Of a DNA stretch of 13,811 bases, positions 1 to 7,479 are shown piece by piece. The stretch's first letter is position 1. Every line of letters begins with the position of its first letter. The notes under the pieces were generated by a model that saw only the letters and a program-made list of their open reading frames with translations, was not told the DNA's origin and ran no database searches. Source of the DNA: a candidate division FCPU426 bacterium (GTDB lineage Bacteria > Oederibacteriota > Muellerivitia > Muellerivitales > Muellerivitaceae); the NCBI GenBank assembly GCA_963830915.1, contig CAWHOE010000067.1:1-13811 (forward strand). Reading direction: 5' to 3'. The translations under genes were made by a program, and so were the position numbers.

Positions 1-7
1 GGTTGGA

Positions 8-1345
8 TTGGGTACTTTGACCTTTACCGCCTGGGCAGTAGTTCTCCTGCTTTTTATCCTGATGGTAGGGTCGATCAAAGAAAAAGTCTCAAATAGGTCC
101 GTGGCCTTATTTTTCGGCTCGTTGTTGTTGGGCTCAACCCCATTCCTTATCGCCGTATTCCAAACTGGTTATGGCCATCATTTATTGGACTCCTCCTCAT
201 TGAACCAAGGATTCTCTTCCTCTCACGTCCTAGCGACCCACTTATCTTATTTGTCCTGTCTTTATTGGGGGTCTTTACAAGGAGACACTTCTTATGGCCC
301 GGTTTGGGGAGGGATGTTGAATCCGGTCCTTTCTTCGGCGTTCTTCATAGGCGTCATTGTCCTTATACGACACAAGCGGGATCCCAAATTCCAATGGATC
401 TTTTGGGCCATGATCCTGTGTTTCCTCCCGGGATTCCTAGCTTCCGATTATGTCGAGTTCAACCGGGTCATTCAGACCATGCCTTTTATTATTTTGATCG
501 CCGCCATGGGTCTTTTGGCCCTGCTGTCCAAGATCAATAAAAACGTTCGTTGGATCTTTTTTTGTCTTTTAATTGTTCCGTCGGTATTGTTAGATATCCA
601 TCATTTGTTGATACCAATGGCGGATAGTCCCTATTACCAGGCATACAAGAAACTGGATTCGTTGGCGGGAACTAAAGGGCCGGGGATCATTTATACCGAC
701 TTCATGCCACTGTCTTATGGGCATAGTTTGAATGTGATGTCCTATCATTTCAACGCGGCGGCCAATCCCGTTCTTGACCTTAAAAAAAGCACATGGGCCG
801 GGGTCGTGACCCAAGCGGACACCGCACCCTATTTACTCCAACGATTCGCGGGCGCTTACTCGGAAGACTTGGGGAATAAAGCGCCGGTGGAGGAGGCATC
901 ATTGGCGTTGGTAGTGGTCCCGATCAACCTGGAAAACCGGGAGACCTTTGAGCGTTGGGCCGATGCACAGGAATTTTTCAATCGTTTGAATCTTGAGGCC
1001 GAGAACAGCTATAACAACAATGATTATTTTGTGAAAGGACTGGAGGATTTCAAGGAAGGTTATTCAAGGGTCAAGGATGATCCATATCTGCGGACCTGTT
1101 ATTGGGAATGGGGAAGTCAGTATCAACTCGGTTCTTCCCACGAGCCGAACGTCTTTTGCCTCCAAAACGCCATCCGGGAAGGTTACCCGGCCCCCCATCT
1201 ATACTTTAAGCTTGGTAATTTGATGACGCTTGAAGGAAAATGGACTGAAGCGAGGGAGGCTTACCAGACAGCCCTTAAAATGGCCCCTGGTGATCGTACG
1301 ATCTTGGAGGCCCTTCAGGCTGAGGAAACCGCAAGAACGAAATGA
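8..1345 (+). CDS. Multi-pass membrane protein, GT-C (ArnT/PMT-like, GT39/GT83-type) glycosyltransferase-like, with C-terminal TPR; 5'-partial
   Basis: The frame is open from the window edge, so the true start is probably upstream. The N-terminal ~200 aa contain several hydrophobic helices separated by loops (YGPVWGGMLNP, EFNRVIQTMPFI), followed by a soluble domain. A clear TPR lies at the end (PHLYFKLGNLMTLEGKWTEAREAYQTALKMAPGD). The GT-C assignment is inferred from architecture. Confidence 0.6.
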   Translation: MGTLTFTAWAVVLLLFILMVGSIKEKVSNRSVALFFGSLLLGSTPFLIAVFQTGYGHHLLDSSSLNQGFSSSHVLATHLSYLSCLYWGSLQGDTSYGPVWGGMLNPVLSSAFFIGVIVLIRHKRDPKFQWIFWAMILCFLPGFLASDYVEFNRVIQTMPFIILIAAMGLLALLSKINKNVRWIFFCLLIVPSVLLDIHHLLIPMADSPYYQAYKKLDSLAGTKGPGIIYTDFMPLSYGHSLNVMSYHFNAAANPVLDLKKSTWAGVVTQADTAPYLLQRFAGAYSEDLGNKAPVEEASLALVVVPINLENRETFERWADAQEFFNRLNLEAENSYNNNDYFVKGLEDFKEGYSRVKDDPYLRTCYWEWGSQYQLGSSHEPNVFCLQNAIREGYPAPHLYFKLGNLMTLEGKWTEAREAYQTALKMAPGDRTILEALQAEETARTK

Positions 1346-1375
1346 TCCATTCGTAGGTCCGAAAGGCGAGAGAAG

Positions 1376-2080
1376 ATGTCCCTCCTAACGATCCTGGCCC
1401 TCGTTATCGTGCTGTTCCTCTTGGGAAAAAGTTGGAGATTCTTTCTCGAGACTTCCGAAGATATACGCCTCATCCGCCTTCTGGAACCCTGGTTTTGGTT
1501 CGCTTTCTTGAACCTTCTCTTAAGTCCCATCATCGGCAATTATGATTATCAATTCGAGGTCGCAGGTCTGATCCTGCAACTGGTCCTTTGTTCCTGGTTC
1601 TCCATCTCGATGTCTTGGATAGTCCAGTCCTGCCACCACAAGTCAGCCTTTCTCCACCACAGCTGGTTCCAAAAGGGAAAAACGGTGAAGTTCTGTTTTC
1701 GATGCGGGACTCGATTGCCAAAGGATCTCAAATCCCACATGCTGACGGAAGATTCCTGGCAGTCGTTCCTGTTCCAGATACCCGCCCATTTATTCGAGTA
1801 TATCGTCTATTGGATCGCCCAATCGGTCCTGGTTTTGATCGTTTTTTTCCTCGTCCTTCGGGTGGTCAAAAAACCGGAGATCCAACACAGCGTGGTTCTT
1901 TGGGCCGTCGGCCTGGTCATTTTGGCGCCCCTGGCCATCTTCCTTTTCGGCCGGGCCCGCCGTTACACCACCGAGAACAAGGGGTTGATCTGGTGGGAGG
2001 ATTTCAGGGGTTCGGTCCTTTATTGGGGCATCGTGATAGCTTTATTATGGTTTTTTATCAAATGGGTCGCCTCATCCTAA
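1376..2080 (+). CDS. Hypothetical polytopic membrane protein with an internal zinc-ribbon-like motif
   Basis: 234 aa with about 6 hydrophobic segments. A central soluble loop carries C-H-H...FCFRCGTRLP (CxxC). Confidence 0.75.
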   Translation: MSLLTILALVIVLFLLGKSWRFFLETSEDIRLIRLLEPWFWFAFLNLLLSPIIGNYDYQFEVAGLILQLVLCSWFSISMSWIVQSCHHKSAFLHHSWFQKGKTVKFCFRCGTRLPKDLKSHMLTEDSWQSFLFQIPAHLFEYIVYWIAQSVLVLIVFFLVLRVVKKPEIQHSVVLWAVGLVILAPLAIFLFGRARRYTTENKGLIWWEDFRGSVLYWGIVIALLWFFIKWVASS

Positions 2081-2096
2081 AAAGTCAGGCCTGGTC

Positions 2097-2125
2097 TTGA
2101 CAAACCAAATGGGCAGGGTTATATT
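2097..2125 (+). promoter_or_regulatory. sigma70-type promoter of the ilv-leu operon
   Basis: Perfect -35 TTGACA (2097-2102), 17-bp spacer and -10 TATATT (2120-2125), about 30 nt upstream of the leader-peptide ATG. Confidence 0.85.
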
Positions 2126-2157
2126 TGCGAAACTTCAGCAGTAATTTGAGGAGAATC

Positions 2158-2238
2158 ATGGCCTTCGGAATCGCGACGAACTTAGTGCTCTTGTTGGTAC
2201 TGGTACTCGTATTGCGTCCGGAGGCGGTGCGCTCCTAA
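2158..2238 (+). CDS. Attenuator leader peptide MAFGIATNLVLLLVLVLVLRPEAVRS (26 aa), IvbL/IlvL-like
   Basis: RBS GAGGAG (2148-2153), ATG at 2158 and TAA at 2236-2238. Eleven consecutive Leu/Val codons at 2182-2214 (TTA GTG CTC TTG TTG GTA CTG GTA CTC GTA TTG = 7 Leu, 4 Val). It lies between the promoter and an intrinsic terminator upstream of ilvB and is below the ORF-track length cutoff. Confidence 0.92.
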   Translation: MAFGIATNLVLLLVLVLVLRPEAVRS

Positions 2239-2260
2239 CGACGGCTACCAAGCCGCGGAG
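2232..2260 (+). promoter_or_regulatory. Putative antiterminator hairpin of the attenuator
   Basis: CGGCT(2242-2246)-acca-AGCCG(2251-2255) plus CTCC(2232-2235)/GGAG(2257-2260) sequesters the 5' arm of the terminator, so the two structures are mutually exclusive. An upstream GGAGGCG-gtg-CGCTCC hairpin (2220-2235) competes for CTCC. Confidence 0.7.
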
Positions 2261-2293
2261 TCCCGCCAGAGGGGCTTCGCGGCTTTTTTATTT
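2250..2293 (+). terminator. Rho-independent attenuator terminator
   Basis: AAGCCGCGGAGTCCC(2250-2264)-gccaga-GGGGCTTCGCGGCTT(2271-2285) forms a 15-bp stem with two G-U pairs, running into TTTTTTATTT (2284-2293). Confidence 0.92.
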
Positions 2294-2516
2294 AAAGCCA
2301 CCCCCCTCCAGCAGGCTCCCAAAAAGGTGAAGTGAAAGGTTCCAGTCCCTAAATTGCCTAAAAGGCCATTGTTTAGGGATAAGGGCCAAGGAACGATACC
2401 TGGTTCCCGTTAATTCGGGGCAAAAAAACCGGGTATTTATCAACAAAAGATTGGAATTATTGTAAAATCAAGCCCTTTCATCCCCGGAAGATGGGGGGCA
2501 AGTCAAGGAGAGCGAG

Positions 2517-4283
2517 ATGGCCAAACAAAGCATCAAACTTAAAAAGGGCGCCCAAATGATCGTGGATGTCCTGGTGAGCGAGGGAGTGGACATCGTTTGG
2601 GGTCTCACCGGCGGGGCTATCCTGCCCGTGTTCGACGCTCTATACCAAAACCGGGACAAGATCCGCCTCATTGATACCCGGCATGAGCAAGGGGCCATCC
2701 ATATGGCCGAGGGATACGCCAAGTCCACTGGAAAAGTCGGGGTTTGCGTGGTGACCTCGGGTCCGGGCGCGACCAATATCGTGACCGGCCTGGCCGATGC
2801 TTACATGGATTCAGTGCCCCTGGTGGCCATTACCGGACAGGTCGCGACCTCCCTGCTTGGGACCGACGGTTTCCAGGAAGCGGACATGGTGGGCATCACC
2901 CGTTCCTGCACCAAGCATAATTTCCTGGTCAAGAACATCCAGGAATTGCCCCGTATCATGCGGGACGCCTTCTTCATCGCCCGTTCGGGTCGCCCCGGAC
3001 CGGTCCTGGTGGACATCCCCAAGGATATCGCCGCGTCCAGCGCCGAAGTGCCGATCCCGGTCCATTCCAGTATCCCTCTTTCCAAGTTTGTTCCCACCCC
3101 GGATTGGGACCAGATCCCCAAAATGGCCGAGATGATCAAGCACGCCAAGCGGCCCTTGATCTACGCAGGGGGCGGCGTGATCAACGCCGGCGCCTCCGAG
3201 GCCCTGAGGGCTTTCGCACGAAAGACCAATATCCCGGTGACCCTGACCCTGATGGGTCTAGGAGCCTATCCGGCCACCGACCGACAATTCGTGGATATGC
3301 TCGGCATGCACGGTTCCTATCGGGCCAATATGGCCCTGACCTATTGCGACCTGCTGATCGCCATCGGAAGCCGTTTCGACGACCGGGTGACTGGCAAGAT
3401 CAGCGAGTTCGCCCCGACCTCGAAAAAGATCCATATCGACGTGGACCCGACCTCCATCAGCAAGAACGTGCAGGTGGACGCCCATGTCCTGGGGGATATG
3501 AACGCCATACTCAAGGAACTCATCAAGCGGGTGGGTACGAACGATTACGACCAATGGTATAACGAGCTGGAGCGTTGGAACAAAAAGCATCCCCTGGCGT
3601 TCCATCAGGATCCGCAGGGTAAGGTCCTGCCCCAGTACGCCATCGACCAGATCTACCAGATCACGAAGGGCGACGCTTATATCACTACCGAGGTGGGTCA
3701 GCACCAGATGTGGGCGGCCCAGTTCTACAAGTTCGACAAACCCCGCCGTTGGATCACCTCCGGGGGTCTGGGGACGATGGGTTTCGGCTTCCCCGCCGCC
3801 ATCGGCGTGGCTTTCGCCCATCCCGACAAGACGGTCATCGATGTGGCGGGGGACGGCAGTTTCCAGATGACCCTGCAGGAACTGGCTGTCATGGCGGAGC
3901 ACCAGCTGAACGTCAAGGTCGTCATCCTCAACAACAAATTCCTGGGGATGGTGAAGCAGTGGCAGGACCTGTTCTTCGACAAACGCTACGCTTCCACTTC
4001 CATACCAGCTCAGCCGGATTTCGTCAAACTGGCCGAGGCTTACGGGATACCGGGATACCGGGCCTCGACACCCGGCCAGACCGTCCAGACGCTGGAACAG
4101 GTCTTGAAGAAAAAGGGTCCCTGCCTAGTGGAGATCGTGGTGGATGAGGAACAGCATGTCTATCCCATGGTGCCGGCGGGCGGCGCGAACAAGGACATGA
4201 TGTTGTCCAGGGAGATGGAGATAGCCCAGGCCCGCGCTGAAGCGAAAGTCAAACCGATCACTAAAACCGGAGGGGAAAAATAA
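2517..4283 (+). CDS. ilvB: Acetolactate synthase (AHAS) large, biosynthetic catalytic subunit
   Basis: Motifs RHEQGAIHMAEGYA, TSGPGATN, GRPGPVLVDIPKD, LGMHG, VGQHQMWAAQ, SGGLGTMGFG and the ThDP motif GDGSF...NN. RBS AAGGAG. Confidence 0.97.
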   Translation: MAKQSIKLKKGAQMIVDVLVSEGVDIVWGLTGGAILPVFDALYQNRDKIRLIDTRHEQGAIHMAEGYAKSTGKVGVCVVTSGPGATNIVTGLADAYMDSVPLVAITGQVATSLLGTDGFQEADMVGITRSCTKHNFLVKNIQELPRIMRDAFFIARSGRPGPVLVDIPKDIAASSAEVPIPVHSSIPLSKFVPTPDWDQIPKMAEMIKHAKRPLIYAGGGVINAGASEALRAFARKTNIPVTLTLMGLGAYPATDRQFVDMLGMHGSYRANMALTYCDLLIAIGSRFDDRVTGKISEFAPTSKKIHIDVDPTSISKNVQVDAHVLGDMNAILKELIKRVGTNDYDQWYNELERWNKKHPLAFHQDPQGKVLPQYAIDQIYQITKGDAYITTEVGQHQMWAAQFYKFDKPRRWITSGGLGTMGFGFPAAIGVAFAHPDKTVIDVAGDGSFQMTLQELAVMAEHQLNVKVVILNNKFLGMVKQWQDLFFDKRYASTSIPAQPDFVKLAEAYGIPGYRASTPGQTVQTLEQVLKKKGPCLVEIVVDEEQHVYPMVPAGGANKDMMLSREMEIAQARAEAKVKPITKTGGEK

Positions 4284-4825
4284 TGCGACACACCATTTCC
4301 GTACTCGTCAACAATCAAACGGGGGTCCTGTCCCGTGTCTCGAACCTGTTCTCGGCCCGCGGCTACAACATCGACAGCCTGGTAGTGGGCATCACGGACA
4401 ATCCGAAAGTATCCCGCATGACCATCGTGGTCCGGGGGGATGACCGCATCATCGACCAGGTTGAAAAACAGTTGAACAAGCTGGTGGATGTGATCAAGGT
4501 GGTCGACTTGACCAACGAGGATTTCATCGCCCGGGACCTGGCCTTGATCAAGGTGAAGGCCGAGCCCGATACCCGGAGTCATGTCATGGATATCATCCAG
4601 TGCTTCAACGGAAAGATCGTGGACGTGGCCTTGAGGAGCTTCATCATCGAAGTGACGGGCAAGGAGAGCAAGATCAACGCCATGGTCGAACTGCTCCAGA
4701 ACTACGGCATTATCGAGATGGTCCGTACCGGCGAGGTGGCGATCTCCCGCGGCAAGAAGGTTCAAGAGGAAGTGGAGAAAAAGGTGAAAGTGAAGGCGGG
4801 AAAAGCCAGTCAGTCCTATCTGTAA
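4283..4825 (+). CDS. ilvN: Acetolactate synthase small regulatory subunit (ACT domain)
   Basis: [45 protein letters not shown] and EMVRTG. TAATG translational coupling to ilvB. Confidence 0.96.
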   Translation: MRHTISVLVNNQTGVLSRVSNLFSARGYNIDSLVVGITDNPKVSRMTIVVRGDDRIIDQVEKQLNKLVDVIKVVDLTNEDFIARDLALIKVKAEPDTRSHVMDIIQCFNGKIVDVALRSFIIEVTGKESKINAMVELLQNYGIIEMVRTGEVAISRGKKVQEEVEKKVKVKAGKASQSYL

Positions 4826-4875
4826 TTAACCAGGGCGGCCTTCGAGGCTTCCCCATCACTCTGGAGGAAAAGCAA

Positions 4876-5865
4876 ATGGCTAAGATCTATTACGAGCAGG
4901 ACGCCGATCTGAATGTCTTGAAGGGAAAGACCATCGCGGTCATCGGCTATGGCAACCAAGGGCGCAACCAGGCCTTGAATCTCAAGGATTCGGGCGTTTC
5001 CGTGGTGATCGGCGAAAGGTCGGAAAAGGGCAAACAACTGGCCAAGGCGGACGGGTTCCAGGTCTATGACGCCAAGGAAGCGGCGGCCAAGGCCGACATC
5101 ATCCAGATCCTCATCCAGGATGACCTGCAAGGCAACCTTTATAAGAATGATATCCTTCCCTCGTTGAAGGCCGGGAAGGCCATCATGTTTTCCCATGGGT
5201 TCAATATCCATTTCGGCCAGATCGTGCCTCCGGCTGATATCGACGTGTTCATGATCGCGCCCAAGGGCCCGGGCCACTTGGTCCGCACGACCTATGTGGA
5301 CGGCAAAGGGGTGCCAGCGCTAGTGGCCATCCATCAGAACGCCACAGGGAACGCCATGAAATTGGCCTTGGCTTACGGCAAGGCCATTGGCGCTACCCGC
5401 GCCGGGATATTGGAAACCACCTTCAAGGAAGAGACCGAGACCGACTTGTTCGGCGAGCAGGTCGTGCTCTGCGGGGGCTTGACCGAGCTGATCCGCGCCG
5501 GGTTCGAGACCCTGGTGGCCGCCGGCTACCAGCCTGAAGTGGCCTATTTCGAATGCCTCCATGAGGTGAAGTTGATCGTGGACTTGATCTACGAGAAGGG
5601 CATCACCGGCATGAGGGACGCGATCTCCACCACGGCCAAGTACGGCGACGTGTCCAGGGGACGAAGGATCATCACCGACAACACCAAGCACGAGATGAAC
5701 CGCATCCTGGCCGAGATACAATCCGGGTCCTTCGCCAGGGAGTTCGTCCTGGAAAACATGGCCAATCGCCCGGTCTACAACGCATTGCTCCGCAACGATT
5801 CCCAGCATCTCATCGAGAAGGTCGGGACGCAGGTACGCAGCATGTTCAGTTGGATGAAGAAATAA
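4876..5865 (+). CDS. ilvC: Ketol-acid reductoisomerase (class I, short form)
   Basis: The true start is ATG 4876 ([12 protein letters not shown]) after RBS GGAGGA. Motifs [45 protein letters not shown] and [14 protein letters not shown]. Confidence 0.97.
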   Translation: MAKIYYEQDADLNVLKGKTIAVIGYGNQGRNQALNLKDSGVSVVIGERSEKGKQLAKADGFQVYDAKEAAAKADIIQILIQDDLQGNLYKNDILPSLKAGKAIMFSHGFNIHFGQIVPPADIDVFMIAPKGPGHLVRTTYVDGKGVPALVAIHQNATGNAMKLALAYGKAIGATRAGILETTFKEETETDLFGEQVVLCGGLTELIRAGFETLVAAGYQPEVAYFECLHEVKLIVDLIYEKGITGMRDAISTTAKYGDVSRGRRIITDNTKHEMNRILAEIQSGSFAREFVLENMANRPVYNALLRNDSQHLIEKVGTQVRSMFSWMKK

Positions 5866-5902
5866 CCGGAAACGGTTCGACTGCCGTTCCCGGGAGGGAA
5901 AA

Positions 5903-6574
5903 TTGAGACTGCCTTTTGTCAAGGAAACCTGGAGCATGGTGGCGCCGACCTTTTTGGCCGGCGCGGCGCTCGTGGCCGGGGGGACCCATTGGGGTTCCCT
6001 TTGGCTGATGGCTCCGGGCTTCGCGGTCCTGGCGGTCTCGGCCTTAATGCTCAATTTTTTCAGGGACTTCGAGAGGAAAAGGGAAAAGGAAGCTGGCCCA
6101 AGCCAGGTCCTCTCCCCGGCGGACGGGGTGGTGGTCATCCTTAAGGAAGAGGTCGAGAAGTTCTACCTTAAGAAAAGGACCCTCCATATCGCCATCTTCA
6201 TGAACCCCTTGAACAATCACGTTCAACGGGCGCCCTTCGACGGTCAGGTCGTGGGGAAGACCTATCATCCAGGGAAATTCCTGGCGGCTTACGACGACAA
6301 GGCGGACTTGGTCAATGAGCAGGCCCACCTGGTGGTCCGGTTGAGCGGTAAGGGCAAGGGCTCGAAAGTCGTCCTCAAACAGATCGCCGGTTTTCTCTGC
6401 CGGAGGGTCAAGACGGATGTTGTGAAAGGGCAGTCCATCAGAAGGGGAGAGCGTTTTGGAAGGATCTTGCTGGGGTCCCGGGTGGACCTCTTTTTACCCA
6501 GGGGGTTCAAACCCTCGGTGAAAATGGGGGACCAGGTCCGGGCCGGGTTGACCGTGTTAGGGGAACTGAAATGA
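5903..6574 (+). CDS. psd: Phosphatidylserine decarboxylase proenzyme (short Psd type)
   Basis: N-terminal TM hairpin, FFRD, SPADG, IAIFM..NNHVQRAP, YHPGKF, NE, QIAG, GERFG and the LGSRVD self-cleavage/pyruvoyl motif. TTG start with RBS GGGAGG. Confidence 0.92.
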   Translation: MRLPFVKETWSMVAPTFLAGAALVAGGTHWGSLWLMAPGFAVLAVSALMLNFFRDFERKREKEAGPSQVLSPADGVVVILKEEVEKFYLKKRTLHIAIFMNPLNNHVQRAPFDGQVVGKTYHPGKFLAAYDDKADLVNEQAHLVVRLSGKGKGSKVVLKQIAGFLCRRVKTDVVKGQSIRRGERFGRILLGSRVDLFLPRGFKPSVKMGDQVRAGLTVLGELK

Positions 6575-7443
6575 GCGCCATGAAAATGAAAAATTATCCT
6601 AATCGACCGGAAAATCCCGGGAGCTCCCGCCTGCGTAAGTCCATTTATTTACTCCCCAATCTTTTTACCGCCGGCAATCTGGTGCTGGGTATCCTATCGA
6701 TCGCATTCGCCATCAACGACTCCCTCACCCTGTCGCTCGCCGCCGAGACCAAGGTGACGCCGTTCCTCTGGCCGGCCCGTCTCATCGTCATCGCCGCCTT
6801 CATGGATTTCATCGATGGATTCGTCGCCCGGCTGACCAACACCACTTCCAAGTTCGGGATGGAGTTCGATAGCCTGTCCGACCTGATCAGCTTTGGCGTG
6901 GCTCCGGCCATGTTGATCTATCTTTCCGTCCTCCGTTATATCCCCTTTTGGGGCCTCTTTATCATGGCCCTTTACGTCGTCTGCGCCGCCATCCGTCTAG
7001 CCCGGTTCAACGTCCAGGCCCAGATCGAGGAAAAGACCCAGTTCATGGGTCTGCCCAGTCCGGCCGCGGCGGGGCTTCTGGCCAGCTACGTCCTCTTTTC
7101 CCAGTGGGGCGGCTGGTATGGAAAGGGCATCTTCCTGAACAAGGTCATGGGTTGGTATGAGGAGAACATCAGCGTCATCGACCTGAGGATCATCCCCATC
7201 CTGACGGTGGTCATCGCCCTCGTGATGGTTTCCTCGATCCGGTATCCGAGCATGAAAAAACTGAAAGGTGAGACCGTCAAGCCCATCACCCTGGGCCTGA
7301 TCGTCATGCTCGTTTTCTCGCTTTTTTACGCCTTCGAGTTCACCTCCTTCGTGTTCTTGTCCTCTTACCTCTTGTGGGGGATCGCCCAAACCCTCATAAA
7401 AACCCTAGGCAAGATCAAAAAACCAAGAACCGCAGCTCCCTAA
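6571..7443 (+). CDS. pssA: CDP-diacylglycerol--serine O-phosphatidyltransferase
   Basis: IYLLPNLFTAGNL, the CDP-alcohol phosphotransferase motif DFIDGFVARLTNTTSKFGMEFDSLSDLISFGVAPA, RLARFN and FMGLPSPAAA. ATGA overlap with psd; the start could be a few codons downstream. Confidence 0.95.
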   Translation: MSAMKMKNYPNRPENPGSSRLRKSIYLLPNLFTAGNLVLGILSIAFAINDSLTLSLAAETKVTPFLWPARLIVIAAFMDFIDGFVARLTNTTSKFGMEFDSLSDLISFGVAPAMLIYLSVLRYIPFWGLFIMALYVVCAAIRLARFNVQAQIEEKTQFMGLPSPAAAGLLASYVLFSQWGGWYGKGIFLNKVMGWYEENISVIDLRIIPILTVVIALVMVSSIRYPSMKKLKGETVKPITLGLIVMLVFSLFYAFEFTSFVFLSSYLLWGIAQTLIKTLGKIKKPRTAAP

Positions 7444-7479
7444 AGCACTCATCACTTTTTTCAGATCAAGGAGAGAACA

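Noticed and set aside
2085..2094. Palindrome CAGGCCTG just upstream of the -35 box as an operator
   Set aside because: It is only 8 bp, which is expected by chance, and no regulator or second copy is nearby.
1588..2100. 170-aa alternative + strand ORF
   Set aside because: It overlaps the coherent membrane protein 1376..2080 in another frame and has an Arg/Pro/Gly-rich off-frame composition.
2294..2516. T-box riboswitch upstream of ilvB
   Set aside because: No GGTGGNACCGCG T-box motif before a terminator is visible, and the leader peptide already explains the terminator.
4600..4875. 92-aa N-terminal extension of IlvC suggested by the ORF track
   Set aside because: It overlaps ilvN out of frame. 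The canonical IlvC N-terminus and a strong RBS are at 4876.
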